A stretch of DNA of 64,000 nt from an uncultured Acidobacteriota bacterium (GTDB lineage: Bacteria > Acidobacteriota > Polarisedimenticolia > J045): contig CAVPCQ010000016.1 of assembly GCA_963702425.1 (NCBI GenBank), positions 160,001 through 224,000 on the forward strand. Direction: 5' to 3'. The position numbers and the translations under genes were made by a program. Shown in pieces: positions 53,973 through 64,000 of this stretch (its first letter is position 1; every line of letters starts with the position of its first letter). The notes below the pieces were generated by a model that saw only the letters and a program-made list of their open reading frames with translations, searched no databases and had not been told where the DNA came from.

Positions 53973-55549
53973 GCGAAGGGCAAGCCGCCGGCGGTCCCCC
54001 CGCCCCGCCCCGCGCGGCCTGGCCGGCCTCCGGCCGGTCCCGCGCCCCGCGCGCCGCGCTGCGCCGCGCGCTGATCGCGGCCCTGCTCGCGACGCTCGCG
54101 ATCCAGCTCCCGCTCGTCGTCGGCTACGCCCGGATCCAGTCCGATGCGTGGACCGAGATGGCGCGCCGCGGGATCTTCCCGGTGCCGGAGTACTACGGCT
54201 TCCTCCCGCTCCAGGGGCCGCGCCTGGTCGCGATGTCGCTGTTCGCGATCGACATCGGCACGTGGGTCGCGCTGCTGACCCTGCTCCCGCTGGAGGGCCG
54301 GATGCCGGGCGTCTTCGCCGAGGCCCGCCGCCGGCTGCGGCGGCGCTGGCTGCTGGCCCACGCGCCGCTCGCGCCGCTGGCCGCCGTGCTCGGCGGGACG
54401 CGGCTGTTCGGGGAGGCGATGCACGAGTCGGGCGCCGGCGCGGCGTGGTTCGTGCCCGGGCTGCTCGCGGTGCCCGGCACGCCGGCGGCCGGGCTCTGGG
54501 TGAGCGTCGAGCAGATCGTGCTGTTCGCGCTCTCGGCGGCGATGCTGGTCCACCTGACGCTGCTGGCCGGCGTCGTGCGGCCGGCGCGCTGGCTGCGCAA
54601 CACGCTGCTGATCGCGGCCGCCGCGCTGCTGCTGGCGCTGGTCAGCTGGTGGGTCGTGGTGCCGGCCGCCGATCACGGCCTCTCGGCCGCGACGCGCGCG
54701 GCGCGCGCCGAGGGGCTGGAGGCCTGTCCCGGGAGTTGCGCCGCTCGCCGCTCCCGCGCGCGGCGCGCTGCTGTTCGAGGCCTTCGAGCGCACGACGGCC
54801 GACGCCCCGGCGCTGCGCGAGCGTGCCCCCTACGAGCTGCCGCTGGAGATCGCGATCCTGCCGCCGCTTCCCCTGCCGCTCGCGGCCGGGGTCGCGGTCG
54901 AGCTCGCGGCGCGCGCGGCGGACGGCTCCGGTGGCCCGGCCGGCCTGCCGGCCGGCTTCGAGCTCTACCGTCGACGGCGACGGCGGCGCGACCGTGCTGC
55001 CGCTCCCGGCCGAGTGCGGCGTGACGCGGGTCGCCAAGATCGACCGGATCGTGCGCTGGTCCACGGTCGCCCCGCTGCTCGCGCAACTGGGCGACGGTCC
55101 GCTGCGGTTCGGCTACCGCGCAGCGCCGACCGGCCGGCCGATCGCGCCGCTCGCCGCGGTCGACGCCCCCCGGCTCGCCGTGGAGCCGGCGAGCCTCCCC
55201 CCCGGCGTGCCGCGCGCGCGGGTCCCGCTGCCGTTCGCGCGCAAGCTGAGCAAGGGCGCGCCGCTCCCGGACGACGAGATCGGCCGCTGGAGGCGGTTGC
55301 GCCGCGAGCGCCTGCTGCCGCACGACCGGGAGGCCCCGCTCGACGTCGTCTGGCGCGACGCGCTCCCGCCGGCCGCAGCCGCCCGCGCTCGACGCCGAAG
55401 GACGCGTCGCGCTGGTCACCCCGGGCGACGCCGCGTGGGACGACCTGTTGCGCGCGATCGCGGCCGCGGCGCAGGCCGGGGCGCGAACGATCTACGTCGT
55501 CTCGCCGGAGCCGGAGCCGGGACCCAGCGCGGCGAGCCGCGCGCGGTAG
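53969..55549 (+). CDS. Hypothetical polytopic membrane protein with C-terminal soluble domain (several frameshifts)
   Basis: GTGA overlap; about 5 hydrophobic helices up to ~54670; coding-like continuation in other frames to TAG at 55547-55549. Confidence 0.4.
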
Positions 55550-55968
55550 AGCTCCGGGTCGAGCGGCTGCCCGCCGGCCATCAGCTCGTGCATCGCGCGG
55601 GCGAAGACCTCGAGGATCAGGTGCTGGGCGTCGTGCGGGTCGACCCCCGCGTTGACCAGCCGCTCGAACGCCTCGCGCGTGCCGGGCGGATCGTCCTGCG
55701 CCACCTGGCGGTCGATCACCTCGTGCATCACGACGTGCAGGAAGGGGTTCTCCTCGGGGCCCGGGTCGGCCCCCTCCCAGAACGGGCGGTACTCGCGATG
55801 GCTCTCGAGCAGCTCCAGCAGCCGCCGCTCGGTCGGGTGCAGCGCCTCGCGCTCGTCGCGGCGCGCCCACAGCGCGCGCAGCGCACCGCGGCCGGCCCCG
55901 GCGAGCGCCTCGAAGACCTGCCGGTCCTCGGCACCGCCAGATCCGCCGGGACCGCGACCCGCCATCAC
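55492..55968 (-). CDS. DUF1841-family protein
   Basis: HREY, ENPFLHVVMHEVIDRQVAQDDPPG, HDAQH. Confidence 0.75.
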   Translation of the reverse strand: MMAGRGPGGSGGAEDRQVFEALAGAGRGALRALWARRDEREALHPTERRLLELLESHREYRPFWEGADPGPEENPFLHVVMHEVIDRQVAQDDPPGTREAFERLVNAGVDPHDAQHLILEVFARAMHELMAGGQPLDPELYRARLAALGPGSGSGETT

Positions 55969-56016
55969 CGCCGCCTCCCCGTCATGGCCGACTCTGTTCC
56001 TCGCGTCACGTCCGCC

Positions 56017-58230
56017 TCACTTCGCCGCGGCGGGAGCCACCGCGCGCACGAGCGGCTGCTCGGCGGGCGGCGCGATCTGCTTCACCGTCGCCTGGTTGCC
56101 CGCAAAGAGCAGGTACGAGTACTTGCCGTAGTGGGTCAGCCGACGCGCGGTGAAGACCAGCCCCTCGGGCTTGATCGCGTCGACGATCCCCAGCGCGCCG
56201 GCGCCCGGCGCGGGGTGATCGATCACGATCACCGCCGCCGCTTCGGGCCCGGTGGCGGCGGTGCGGGCCACGGTGATGGTGTCGTCGGCCAGCAGCATCC
56301 CCTCCGGCATCCGGCCGGCGAGCAGCGCGGTGAACTGCGTCCCGGGCCGTCCGACCAGCCAGACCCGCGACGCCGCCTGGAGCTGCTCCTTCGTCACGTC
56401 GTGGTCCAGGCGGACCTGCGCCTTCCCCTGCGCCAGCTGGTTGGCAGCGGAGCGGCCGGCCTCGACGAACGACTCGCCGCGGCCGGTCCCGACGACCACC
56501 AGGTCGGGCGGCGCGGCGAGCAGCCGCGCCAGCGTCGGCGGGATCTCGCCCGGCGTCAGCAGCCGGAACAGGTCGACCTCCGCGTCGACCTCCACGCGCT
56601 GCGGCTCGAAGGGGGTGACGACGGTGGCGAGCGCGACGCCGCCCGCCGCCTGGGCCACCCCGCGCGCCCGCTGGCCCTCGCTGCCGACGACGTCCACCGG
56701 CACCGGGATCTGCCAGCCGCCCGGGACGCGCACCGCGACCTCGGTCCGGTACTGGTCGCCAGCGGTCTTCACCGCGGCCCGCTCGAGCACCAGCGACGGC
56801 GCACCCGGGCGCCCGACCCACTGCTTGAAGAAGGCCGAGAGGTTCTCCTTCGCGACCCGCGAGAAGACCTCCTCGATGTCGCTCCAGCCGGCGCGCTGGT
56901 ACTTCTTCTCGGCGTAGAACGCGCGCAGCGCCTCCTGGAAGCGCTCGGTGCCGACGCGCTCCTCCAGCATGTGGAAGATCATCGCGACCTTGCCGTAGCC
57001 GAGCGCGCGGGTCGCCCGGTCGTGCCGCTCCCGGAACTCGGCGACCGCGGGCTCGGTCGCGCCGCCCGCGCGGGTGACGTACTCCGAGTAGTCGCGCAGG
57101 ATCTGGCGCCGGTAGTCGACGTCGCCCCCCTTCGTGTCCTCGCCGGCCAGCGCGTGGTCGGCCATGTAGGCCGTCAGCCCCTCGCACCAGTTCCCCTGCG
57201 CGTAGTCGACGTAGACGCCGTTGCCCCACCAGTCGTGCAGCACCTCGTGCGGTAGGCTGGTCCGGATGATGAACGGCAGCCGCATCACGCCCGCCCCGAG
57301 CAGCGTGAACGACGGCATCCCGTAGCCGGTCGGCAGGATGTGCTCGGCGACCACGAACTGCGGCCAGGCGTGCGGGCCGACGAGCTTCGTGTAGCGCTCG
57401 AGCGAGGCCTGCACGGCGTTGAGGTAGCTGCGGCCGAGGTCGTCGGGAGTGTCGGGCAGGGTGTAGACCGCGAGCCGCTGCCCTTCCCACTCCATCTGCT
57501 GCACCTTCCACGGCGCGGCCACGAGGTGGATCCCTTCGACCGGGTGGGTGGCGTCGTAGCGCTCGACGCGCCACTCGCCCTGCGCCTCGTCGCCGGCCGG
57601 GTCGCGCCGCCCTTCGGAGACGACGCGCCACGCCGCCGGGACCCGGGCCTCGAGCGTGAACTGGCTGCGCACCTGCGTCCCGCTCGGGTACCAGCCGGCC
57701 CCGGGTGTCAGGAACGCCCCCTCGGGCGCGAGGTAGCCGTCCGGCATCCCGGCGATCTCCTCGCGGCTGAACTGGACCTCCTTGGGGAGTTCCGGCGGCG
57801 GCCCCGACCAGGCGACCCTGAGGACTCTCTCTCCCGACGGACTCCCGCCCGGTTCGAATGTCCAGAGCTGGGCCGGGGAGTCTTCTCCCTGCGCGGGACG
57901 CAGCCGCGGCGCCGGGAGCGCGAGCTTCTTCTCGGCGCCGGGCTGCACGAGCCGGGCCTCGGTGATCGCGTACGGCGCGCCGAGCGCGAGCGTGACCTGC
58001 TTCGCCCCGGGAGCGACGGTCAGCCGCGCCGTCCCCTCCAGCACGCGCCGGGCCGGGTCGAGCATGACCGCGAGCTCGTGGCGCGTGATCGCGGTCTCCG
58101 GGAGGGCGCCGCCGGGGGCGGGCGCAGCCGACGCCGGCGGGACCTGGGCGGCGAGGACCGCGACGGGCGTGAGGAGCACGAGGAGCGCGAGGAGGACCAG
58201 GGGAGCGAGCGGGCGCGGCAGCGTTCTCAT
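56017..58230 (-). CDS. Exported M1-family zinc aminopeptidase
   Basis: Signal peptide, TGYGMPSFTLLG, HEVLHDWWGN (HExxH), NWCEGL, GYGK. Confidence 0.85.
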   Translation of the reverse strand: MRTLPRPLAPLVLLALLVLLTPVAVLAAQVPPASAAPAPGGALPETAITRHELAVMLDPARRVLEGTARLTVAPGAKQVTLALGAPYAITEARLVQPGAEKKLALPAPRLRPAQGEDSPAQLWTFEPGGSPSGERVLRVAWSGPPPELPKEVQFSREEIAGMPDGYLAPEGAFLTPGAGWYPSGTQVRSQFTLEARVPAAWRVVSEGRRDPAGDEAQGEWRVERYDATHPVEGIHLVAAPWKVQQMEWEGQRLAVYTLPDTPDDLGRSYLNAVQASLERYTKLVGPHAWPQFVVAEHILPTGYGMPSFTLLGAGVMRLPFIIRTSLPHEVLHDWWGNGVYVDYAQGNWCEGLTAYMADHALAGEDTKGGDVDYRRQILRDYSEYVTRAGGATEPAVAEFRERHDRATRALGYGKVAMIFHMLEERVGTERFQEALRAFYAEKKYQRAGWSDIEEVFSRVAKENLSAFFKQWVGRPGAPSLVLERAAVKTAGDQYRTEVAVRVPGGWQIPVPVDVVGSEGQRARGVAQAAGGVALATVVTPFEPQRVEVDAEVDLFRLLTPGEIPPTLARLLAAPPDLVVVGTGRGESFVEAGRSAANQLAQGKAQVRLDHDVTKEQLQAASRVWLVGRPGTQFTALLAGRMPEGMLLADDTITVARTAATGPEAAAVIVIDHPAPGAGALGIVDAIKPEGLVFTARRLTHYGKYSYLLFAGNQATVKQIAPPAEQPLVRAVAPAAAK

Positions 58231-58269
58231 GGCACGGATGTTAGCCTGACGCCCCCGGGAGGAGGAAGC

Positions 58270-59675
58270 TTGGACGTCGCCGCCTGGTCCCTCGCCTTCG
58301 CCGCCGCGCTGGCCCTCGCCGCGACGCCCGCGCGCGCGGACGAGCCGAAGGAGCCGAAGCCGCCGGGCGAACCGAAGATGCTCCCGTTCGCGGCCGAGGA
58401 GCGGGTGCTCGGCAACGGCCTCGCGGTGATCGTCGTGCCGTACGAGAGCTCCGGGCTGGTGACCGTCGCGACGATCGTGCGCGCCGGCTCCCGGCTCGAG
58501 CCGGCGGGCGGCCCCTCGGGCCTCGCGCACGTCGTCGAGCACATGGCCCACCGCGGCGGGCGGCGCTTCGACGCTCCGGCCTACGACCGGCTGATGCAGT
58601 CGCTCGGCGCCGACGGCAGCGCGCTGGTGACCGACGACTGGACCGGCTATCTTCGTCACCGCGCCCGGCGCCGCGCTGGAGCGCGTGCTCGAGGCCGAAG
58701 CCGACCGGCTGACCGGGATGGCCTTCACCGCGAGCGACTACCGGCTGGAGGCGGGGGCGGTGCAGGGCGAGCATCGCCGCACGGTCGCCGACCCCGCGTT
58801 CCAGGCCCGCGCGCTGCTGCGCTCGCTGGCCTTCCCGCTCGCGGGCTACGGGCACGACCCGCTCGGCCGCGCGGCCGACGTCGCCGCGCTGGCGCTGGCC
58901 TACGACGCCGCGCTGGGCTTCTACCGCCAGTGGTACCGGCCCGACAACGCGACGCTGCTGATCGTCGGCGACGTCGAGCCGGGGCGCGCCGCGGCGCTGG
59001 CCGAGCGCGCCTTCGGGTCCTGGAGCGGCGCGACGACGACCTTCGAGCCGCCGGCCGAGGCGCCGCAGTCCGCGCCGCGCGGCGCGGTGAAGTCGGACTG
59101 GCCGGTCCCGACCGCGCCGGTGGTGCTGGTGGCGTGGCGGGCGCCGGCGCTCTCCGGTCCCGAGGGCGCGGGCGCGGCCGAGTTCGCGGCGCTCGACGTC
59201 GCAACCGAGCTGCTGTTCGGGCCGGTCTCGCCGCTGTACCGCGAGCTGGTCGTCGAGCGCCGCGTCGCCGAGTCGATGACGGTCGAGCTGCCGGCGCGCC
59301 GCGATCCGTTCCTGGCGATCGTCGAGCTGCGCGGGCGGGCCGACGGCCCCCCGGGCGCCGAGGCCGACCTGCTGCGCAGCGCCGTGCGCCAGGCCGCGGC
59401 GGCGCTGGCCCTCGCCTCCCCCGAACCGGCGCGCGTCGAGGCGGTCCGGAGCCGGCGGCGCGCGCTCTTCCGGCGCAGCCTCGACTCGACCGAGGGGGTC
59501 GCGCTGGCGCTGGCGCCGTACGCCTCGCTCCCCGGCGGCCTCGCGGCGCTGGGACGCTACGAAGCAGGCCCTGGCGGCGGTCACGCCGGAGGCCGTCCAG
59601 GCCGCGGCGGCGCGCTGGCTGGTGGACGCCGGCGTGATCGAGGTGATCGTCCAGCGGAGCGCGGCCGGGCCGTGA
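58270..59675 (+). CDS. M16 zinc peptidase, catalytic subunit (frameshifts near 58650 and 59570)
   Basis: LGNGL, AGSRLE, SGLAHVVEHM (HxxEH), EADRL, WYRPDNA across two frames. Confidence 0.75.
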
Positions 59676-61269
59676 GGGTCGGGCGTCGTCGCGGGTGGGC
59701 TGTCCTGCCGGCAGCGCTGGCGGCCGCGGCGGCGCTGGCGGCGCTCGCGGACGCTCGCCGTGCCGGGCTGCCGCGCCCGGGAGGCGGACCCGGCGGCAGG
59801 CGTCGGCGGCCCCCGAGGAGGATGCGGTGCCGGCCTCCGGCCGCGGTGCCCCGGTCGTCTCGATCCGGGTCGTGTTCGACGTCGGCGCGATCGACGACCC
59901 CGTGGGCAAGGAGGGGCTGGCCGCGCTCACCGCCGCGCTCGTCGCCGGCGGCGGGACGCGCGACGCGACCTACTCCGCGCTGCAGGAGCGGCTCTACCCG
60001 ATCGGCGGCACGATCCGCGGCTGGGCCGACCAGGAGACGACCACCTTCGTGGCCGAGGCGCCAGCGGAGCACGCGGCCGAGTTGTACGCGGTGCTGCGCG
60101 GTCTGCTCGTCGCACCGCGCTTCGACGCCGGCGACTTCGACCGGCTCCGCACGGCGCAGGTCGCGGCGCTCGCGGGAACGCTGCGCGGGTCCGACGACGA
60201 GCAACTGGCGCGGCGCGCGCTGGAGCTGCTGGTGTTCGAGAACCACCGCTACGCGCACCTCCCCGAAGGGACAGTGCGCGGGCTCCTGGCGCTCGCGCCC
60301 GACGACGCGCGCGACTTCTATCGCGCGCGGTACCGCGCCGGGAACGCGCGCTTCGGCGTCGCCGGCGCCTACCCGACGGAGCTGCCGGAGGCGATCCGCA
60401 CCGACCTGGCGGCGCTCCCCGCCGGCCTGCCGGAGCGCGAGCCGGTCCTGGCGGCCTCGCCGTCCGGCTTGCCGGAGGTCGTGATCGTCGAGAAGCCGGC
60501 GCCGGCGGCAGCGATCGCGCTGGGCTTTCCGATCGACGTCAACCGCTCCCACCCCGACTTCGCCGCGCTGCTGGTGGCGATGTCGTGGCTCGGCCAGCAC
60601 CGCACCCCCTACGGCCGGCTCTACGAGGAACTGCGCGAGGCGCGCGGCCTCAACTACGGCGACTACGCCTACGCCGAGCACTTCGTCGAGGAGCCGGGGA
60701 CGCGCTTTCACGCGCCGGGGCACCCGCGCTCGCAGCAGTACGCCAGCCTCTGGATCCGGTCCGTGGCCCCGGCCAACGCCGCCTTCGCGCTGCGCGCCGC
60801 GCTGGCCGAGCTGGACCGGATGATCGCCGAGGGGATCCCGCGCGAGGAGTTCGAGCGCCAGCGCGACTTCCTGCGCGCGTACGTCCAGCTCTGGCGCCAG
60901 ACCCCCGACCGGCGCCTGGGGTGGGAGCTGGACGATCACTTCTACGGCACGCCCGACGGCCTGGCCCGGCTCGACGCCCAGCTCGCCGCCCTCACGCCCG
61001 AGACGCTGCAGGCCGCGCTGGTGCGGCACCTCCGCGCCGACCGCTACAAGGCGGTCGTGGTGACGCAGGACGCCGAGCTGCTGCGGCAGCAACTGACCTC
61101 CGGGCTGCCGACCCCGGCGGCGCCGGCCGACGGCGTCCCGGCCGAGACCCCCGAGGCCGACCGGCACTACGCGGCGTGGCCGCTGGGCCTCGGGAAGGCG
61201 TCGGTGACGATCGTCCCGGTGGAGCGGATGTTCGAGACCGCGGCCCCGCCGTGGCGCACGCGGCCGTAG
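59672..61269 (+). CDS. M16 peptidase, non-catalytic partner subunit (5' frameshift)
   Basis: DPVGKEGLAALTA, RLYEELREARGLNYGDY; lacks HxxEH; follows the catalytic subunit. Confidence 0.75.
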
Positions 61270-61286
61270 GCGGTTAGCTTCTCGGC

Positions 61287-62238
61287 ATGAGCAACTTCGC
61301 GATCATCGGGGCCGGCGGCTTCGTCGCGCCGCGGCACCTGGCGGCGATCCGCGACACGGGGAACCGGCTGGTCGCGGCGACCGACCCGAACGACTCGGTC
61401 GGCGTGCTCGACCGCTACTTCCCCGACGTGCGCTTCTTCACCGAGATCGAGCGCTTCGACCGCTTCCTGGAGAAGCTGCGCCGGAAGGGCGAGGACGAGC
61501 GCGCGCACTTCGTGTCGGTCTGCTCGCCGAACTACCTGCACGACGCGCACGTGCGGCTGGCGATGCGGCTGCACGCCGACGCGGTCTGCGAGAAGCCGCT
61601 GGTGGTCAGCCCCTGGAACCTCGACCAGCTCTCCGAACTGGAGACCGAGTACGGCCGGCGCGTCTACACCGTGCTGCAGCTGCGCGAGCATCCGGCGCTG
61701 CTCGCGCTGCGCGAACGGTCGTGGCGGCGCGGAGGCAGCGACGGGCCGGAAGCACGACGTCGTGCTGACCTACGTCACGCGCCGCGGGCCGTGGTACTTC
61801 GTCTCCTGGAAGGGCTCGGACGAGAAGTCGGGCGGCGTGGCGATGAACATCGGCGTGCACTTCTTCGACCTGCTGGTCTGGATCTTCGGCAAAGTGCAGT
61901 CGAGCGAGGTGCACCTGGCCGAGCCGGCGCGGATGGGGGGCCTGATCGAGCTGGAGCGGGCCCGGGTGCGCTGGTTCCTGTCGGTCGACGGGAAGGACCT
62001 GCCGCCCGGCGCCCTCGAGGCCGGGCGCCCGGCCTTCCGCTCGCTGACGCTGGACGGCGAGGAGGTCGAGTTCTCGGAGGGGTTCACCGACCTGCACACC
62101 CGCGTCTACGAGCGGGTGCTGGCGGGGCGCGGGTTCGGGATCGAAGACGCGCGCCCCTCGATCGAGCTGGTGCACCGGCTGCGCCACGCGCCGGTCACCG
62201 CCGCAGGCGGCGACCGGCACCCGGCGTTGACCCGCTGA
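61287..62238 (+). CDS. wbpB: WbpB-like UDP-N-acetylglucosaminuronate 3-dehydrogenase (Gfo/Idh/MocA), frameshift near 61720-61750
   Basis: FAIIGAGGFVAPRHL, DPNDSVG, SPNYLHDAH, CEKPLV; then YVTRRGPWY..SWKG, NIGVHFFD, EFSEGFTDLHT. Confidence 0.85.
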
Positions 62239-62251
62239 AGCGGCGCCCTGC

Positions 62252-62438
62252 GGGCCGGCACGGAGGCCGGCCCCTACGGGTCGCGTCAGAACTGTAGGGG
62301 GGCCGGCCTCCGTGCCGGCCCGCCGGCGGGTCGCGTCAGAACTGTAGGGGCCGGCCTCCGTGCCGGCCCGCCGCGGGTCGCGTCAGAACTGTAGGGGCCG
62401 GCCTCCGTGCCGGCCCGCCGCGGGTCGCGTCAGAACTG
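62252..62438. repeat. GTAG REP cluster: one inverted plus three tandem copies (~47-50-bp period)
   Basis: Inverted REP at 62252-62277; REPs at 62294, 62344 and 62391, each preceded by CGGGTCGCGTCAGAACT. Confidence 0.9.
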
Positions 62439-63522
62439 GAACAGCTGGAACTGCAGCTGGTACTGGTTGCGGTCGGGAAGTTGTCCTTCTAGATCTTGGT
62501 GTAGGCCAGCTTCAGGTTCAGGTTGTGGTTGGCGATCCAGTAGGCGGCCCCGAGCTGCCAGCTCGTCTCGTCGTCAGGGTGCTCGTCGTCGAAGTTCTTG
62601 TTGGCGTACTGCACGTACGGCGTGAGGTGGATCGACGCCGATCAGGAAGCCCAGCTCCGCCAGGAATCGCCTGCTTGGGGATCGCCGTGATGAACGTACC
62701 CCCGTCGTAGTGCACGTAGTCGCCCTGGAAGGTGATCGCGTTCTTGCCGATCGGGAACTCGCCGAAGATGTCGCCGCCGTAGGAATCGGCGTCCTTCTGC
62801 GCGTCGTAGAGCGCGCCGATCGACATGATCTTCTTGGTCCCCTGGAGCGTGCCGGGGTAGAAGTAGCCGGTCGGGGCCTCGCACGGCCAGAAGGCGAGGC
62901 GCGCGATGATCGGCAGCGGGTTGGCGGCATCGACACCGCGGTAGCCCTGGTAGACGCCGAGCGCGGTACTCGATCTGCTTCTTGAACGGGTAGCCGCGGA
63001 TCTGGACGCCGTAGTCGCGTCCGATCCTCTCCTGCGCCGGGGTCGACGTCAGGAAGGTGTACGGGCCCGTAGTCGAGCGTCAGCAGCTGCGCCGCGGACT
63101 GGTTGTGGTTGTAGGAGGTCGCGAGCAGCATCATGCCCATGTCGACCATGAAGTCGTCGTTCGACTTGTAGGTGATGTACATGTCCTGGATGTACATGTT
63201 GGGTGCGTTCTTGACGCTCGCCGCGTCGGGCCTTGCCGATGTTCGGGCTGTCGGTCTCGGTGAAGAAGCTCCAGCGGTCGGAGATCTTGCCGCCGAAGAT
63301 CAGGCGCAGGCGGCGGATGTAGAGGTTCTGCGAGTAGTGATCGGTGTTGACGGTCTCGAGCGCCTCGTACTGCGGCTGCACGAGGATGCCGAACTTCAGG
63401 GTCTGCTTCTCGTCCTTCGAGGCGATCTGCCACTGCGCTTCTGCGGCGTGCGGCGAAACCAGCCACAGCGTCGCGGCCACCAGAAGAAAGAACACCCACC
63501 GTCTCGCCGAGCCTTCCCTCAT
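62430..63522 (-). CDS. Outer-membrane porin-like beta-barrel (OprO/OprP-like), multiple frameshifts
   Basis: Signal peptide, LKFGILVQPQY, YIRRLRLIFGG, ETDSPN; ends QLQFQLFQF-stop (terminal Phe); split over at least three ORFs. Confidence 0.65.
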
Positions 63523-63648
63523 CGAGCCTCCTCCGGTGCCGCCCGGTCTAGGCGCGGCTCGCTTGCCCGCGCTTTTACGGCCGGTGGGAGGCTTATGTCA
63601 ACGGCTCACCGATGCAACTAATGCGTTATCTGACGGGCGTTAGGGAGT

Positions 63649-63721
63649 GTAGGGGCCGGCCTCTGTGCTGGCCCGAACGACTCATCCCGCGAAACGGGCC
63701 GGCACGGAGGCCGGCCCCTAC
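63649..63721. repeat. Inverted REP pair (REPIN-like)
   Basis: GTAGGGGCCGGCCTCTGTGCTGGCCC at 63649-63674 and inverted copy at 63696-63721. Confidence 0.85.
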
Positions 63722-63768
63722 AGGCTGACACGCCGCGTCTCGCGGGGGTAACGGGAGGCCCTGCGGGT

Positions 63769-64000
63769 CTACAGATAGGCCTCCACGGACGGGCAGGCGC
63801 AGACCAGGTGGCGGTCGCCGTAGGCGTTGTCGACCCGGCCGCACGGCGGCCAGAACTTGTGCTGACGCGTGTGCTCGTCCGGGTAAGCCGCCCGCTCCCG
63901 GCTGTACGGCCGGTCCCAGCCGTCGGCGGTCACGACCTGCGCGGTGTGCGGCGCGTGCTTGAGCACGTTGTTCGCGCGGTCGGCGATCCCCTGCTCGATC
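63769..64000 (-). CDS. gcvP: Glycine dehydrogenase (decarboxylating), C-terminal end
   Basis: [45 protein letters not shown]. Confidence 0.92.
   Translation of the reverse strand, partial: IEQGIADRANNVLKHAPHTAQVVTADGWDRPYSRERAAYPDEHTRQHKFWPPCGRVDNAYGDRHLVCACPSVEAYL

Overview
This is a very GC-rich (by eye >70%) bacterial chromosomal segment; gene content suggests Acidobacteriota or a relative, but this is not proven. The housekeeping backbone is ccdA-trxA, larC-metG, xth, prmC-prfA-rpmE-rho-engB, acs, lon-clpX-clpP-tig, six tRNAs, a ychF-like ATPase, selA, pepD, lemA-TPM-TPM-pepP, M1/M16 peptidases, wbpB, a porin and the 3' end of gcvP. About ten genes carry single-base frameshifts, most likely assembly indels. 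Most notable: (1) A ~1,750-aa Ser/Thr kinase-STAND ATPase-TPR-GAF-sigma54 activator with Fis-type HTHs at both ends. It is followed by a complete sigma54 promoter (GAGACA enhancer repeats, IHF site, -24/-12) and a secreted subtilase ending in 26 tandem (G/A)DGVIW hexapeptides. (2) Two RAYT-like HUH tyrosine transposases, each with its own non-canonical flanking repeats; one is bracketed by inward-facing arrays of a non-palindromic 37-bp unit. (3) Fourteen GTAG-type REP hairpins that amplify together with neighbouring gene ends, two of them translated in frame inside metG. (4) An operon of three translationally coupled double-zinc-ribbon proteins. All calls come from reading motifs; no database search was run.
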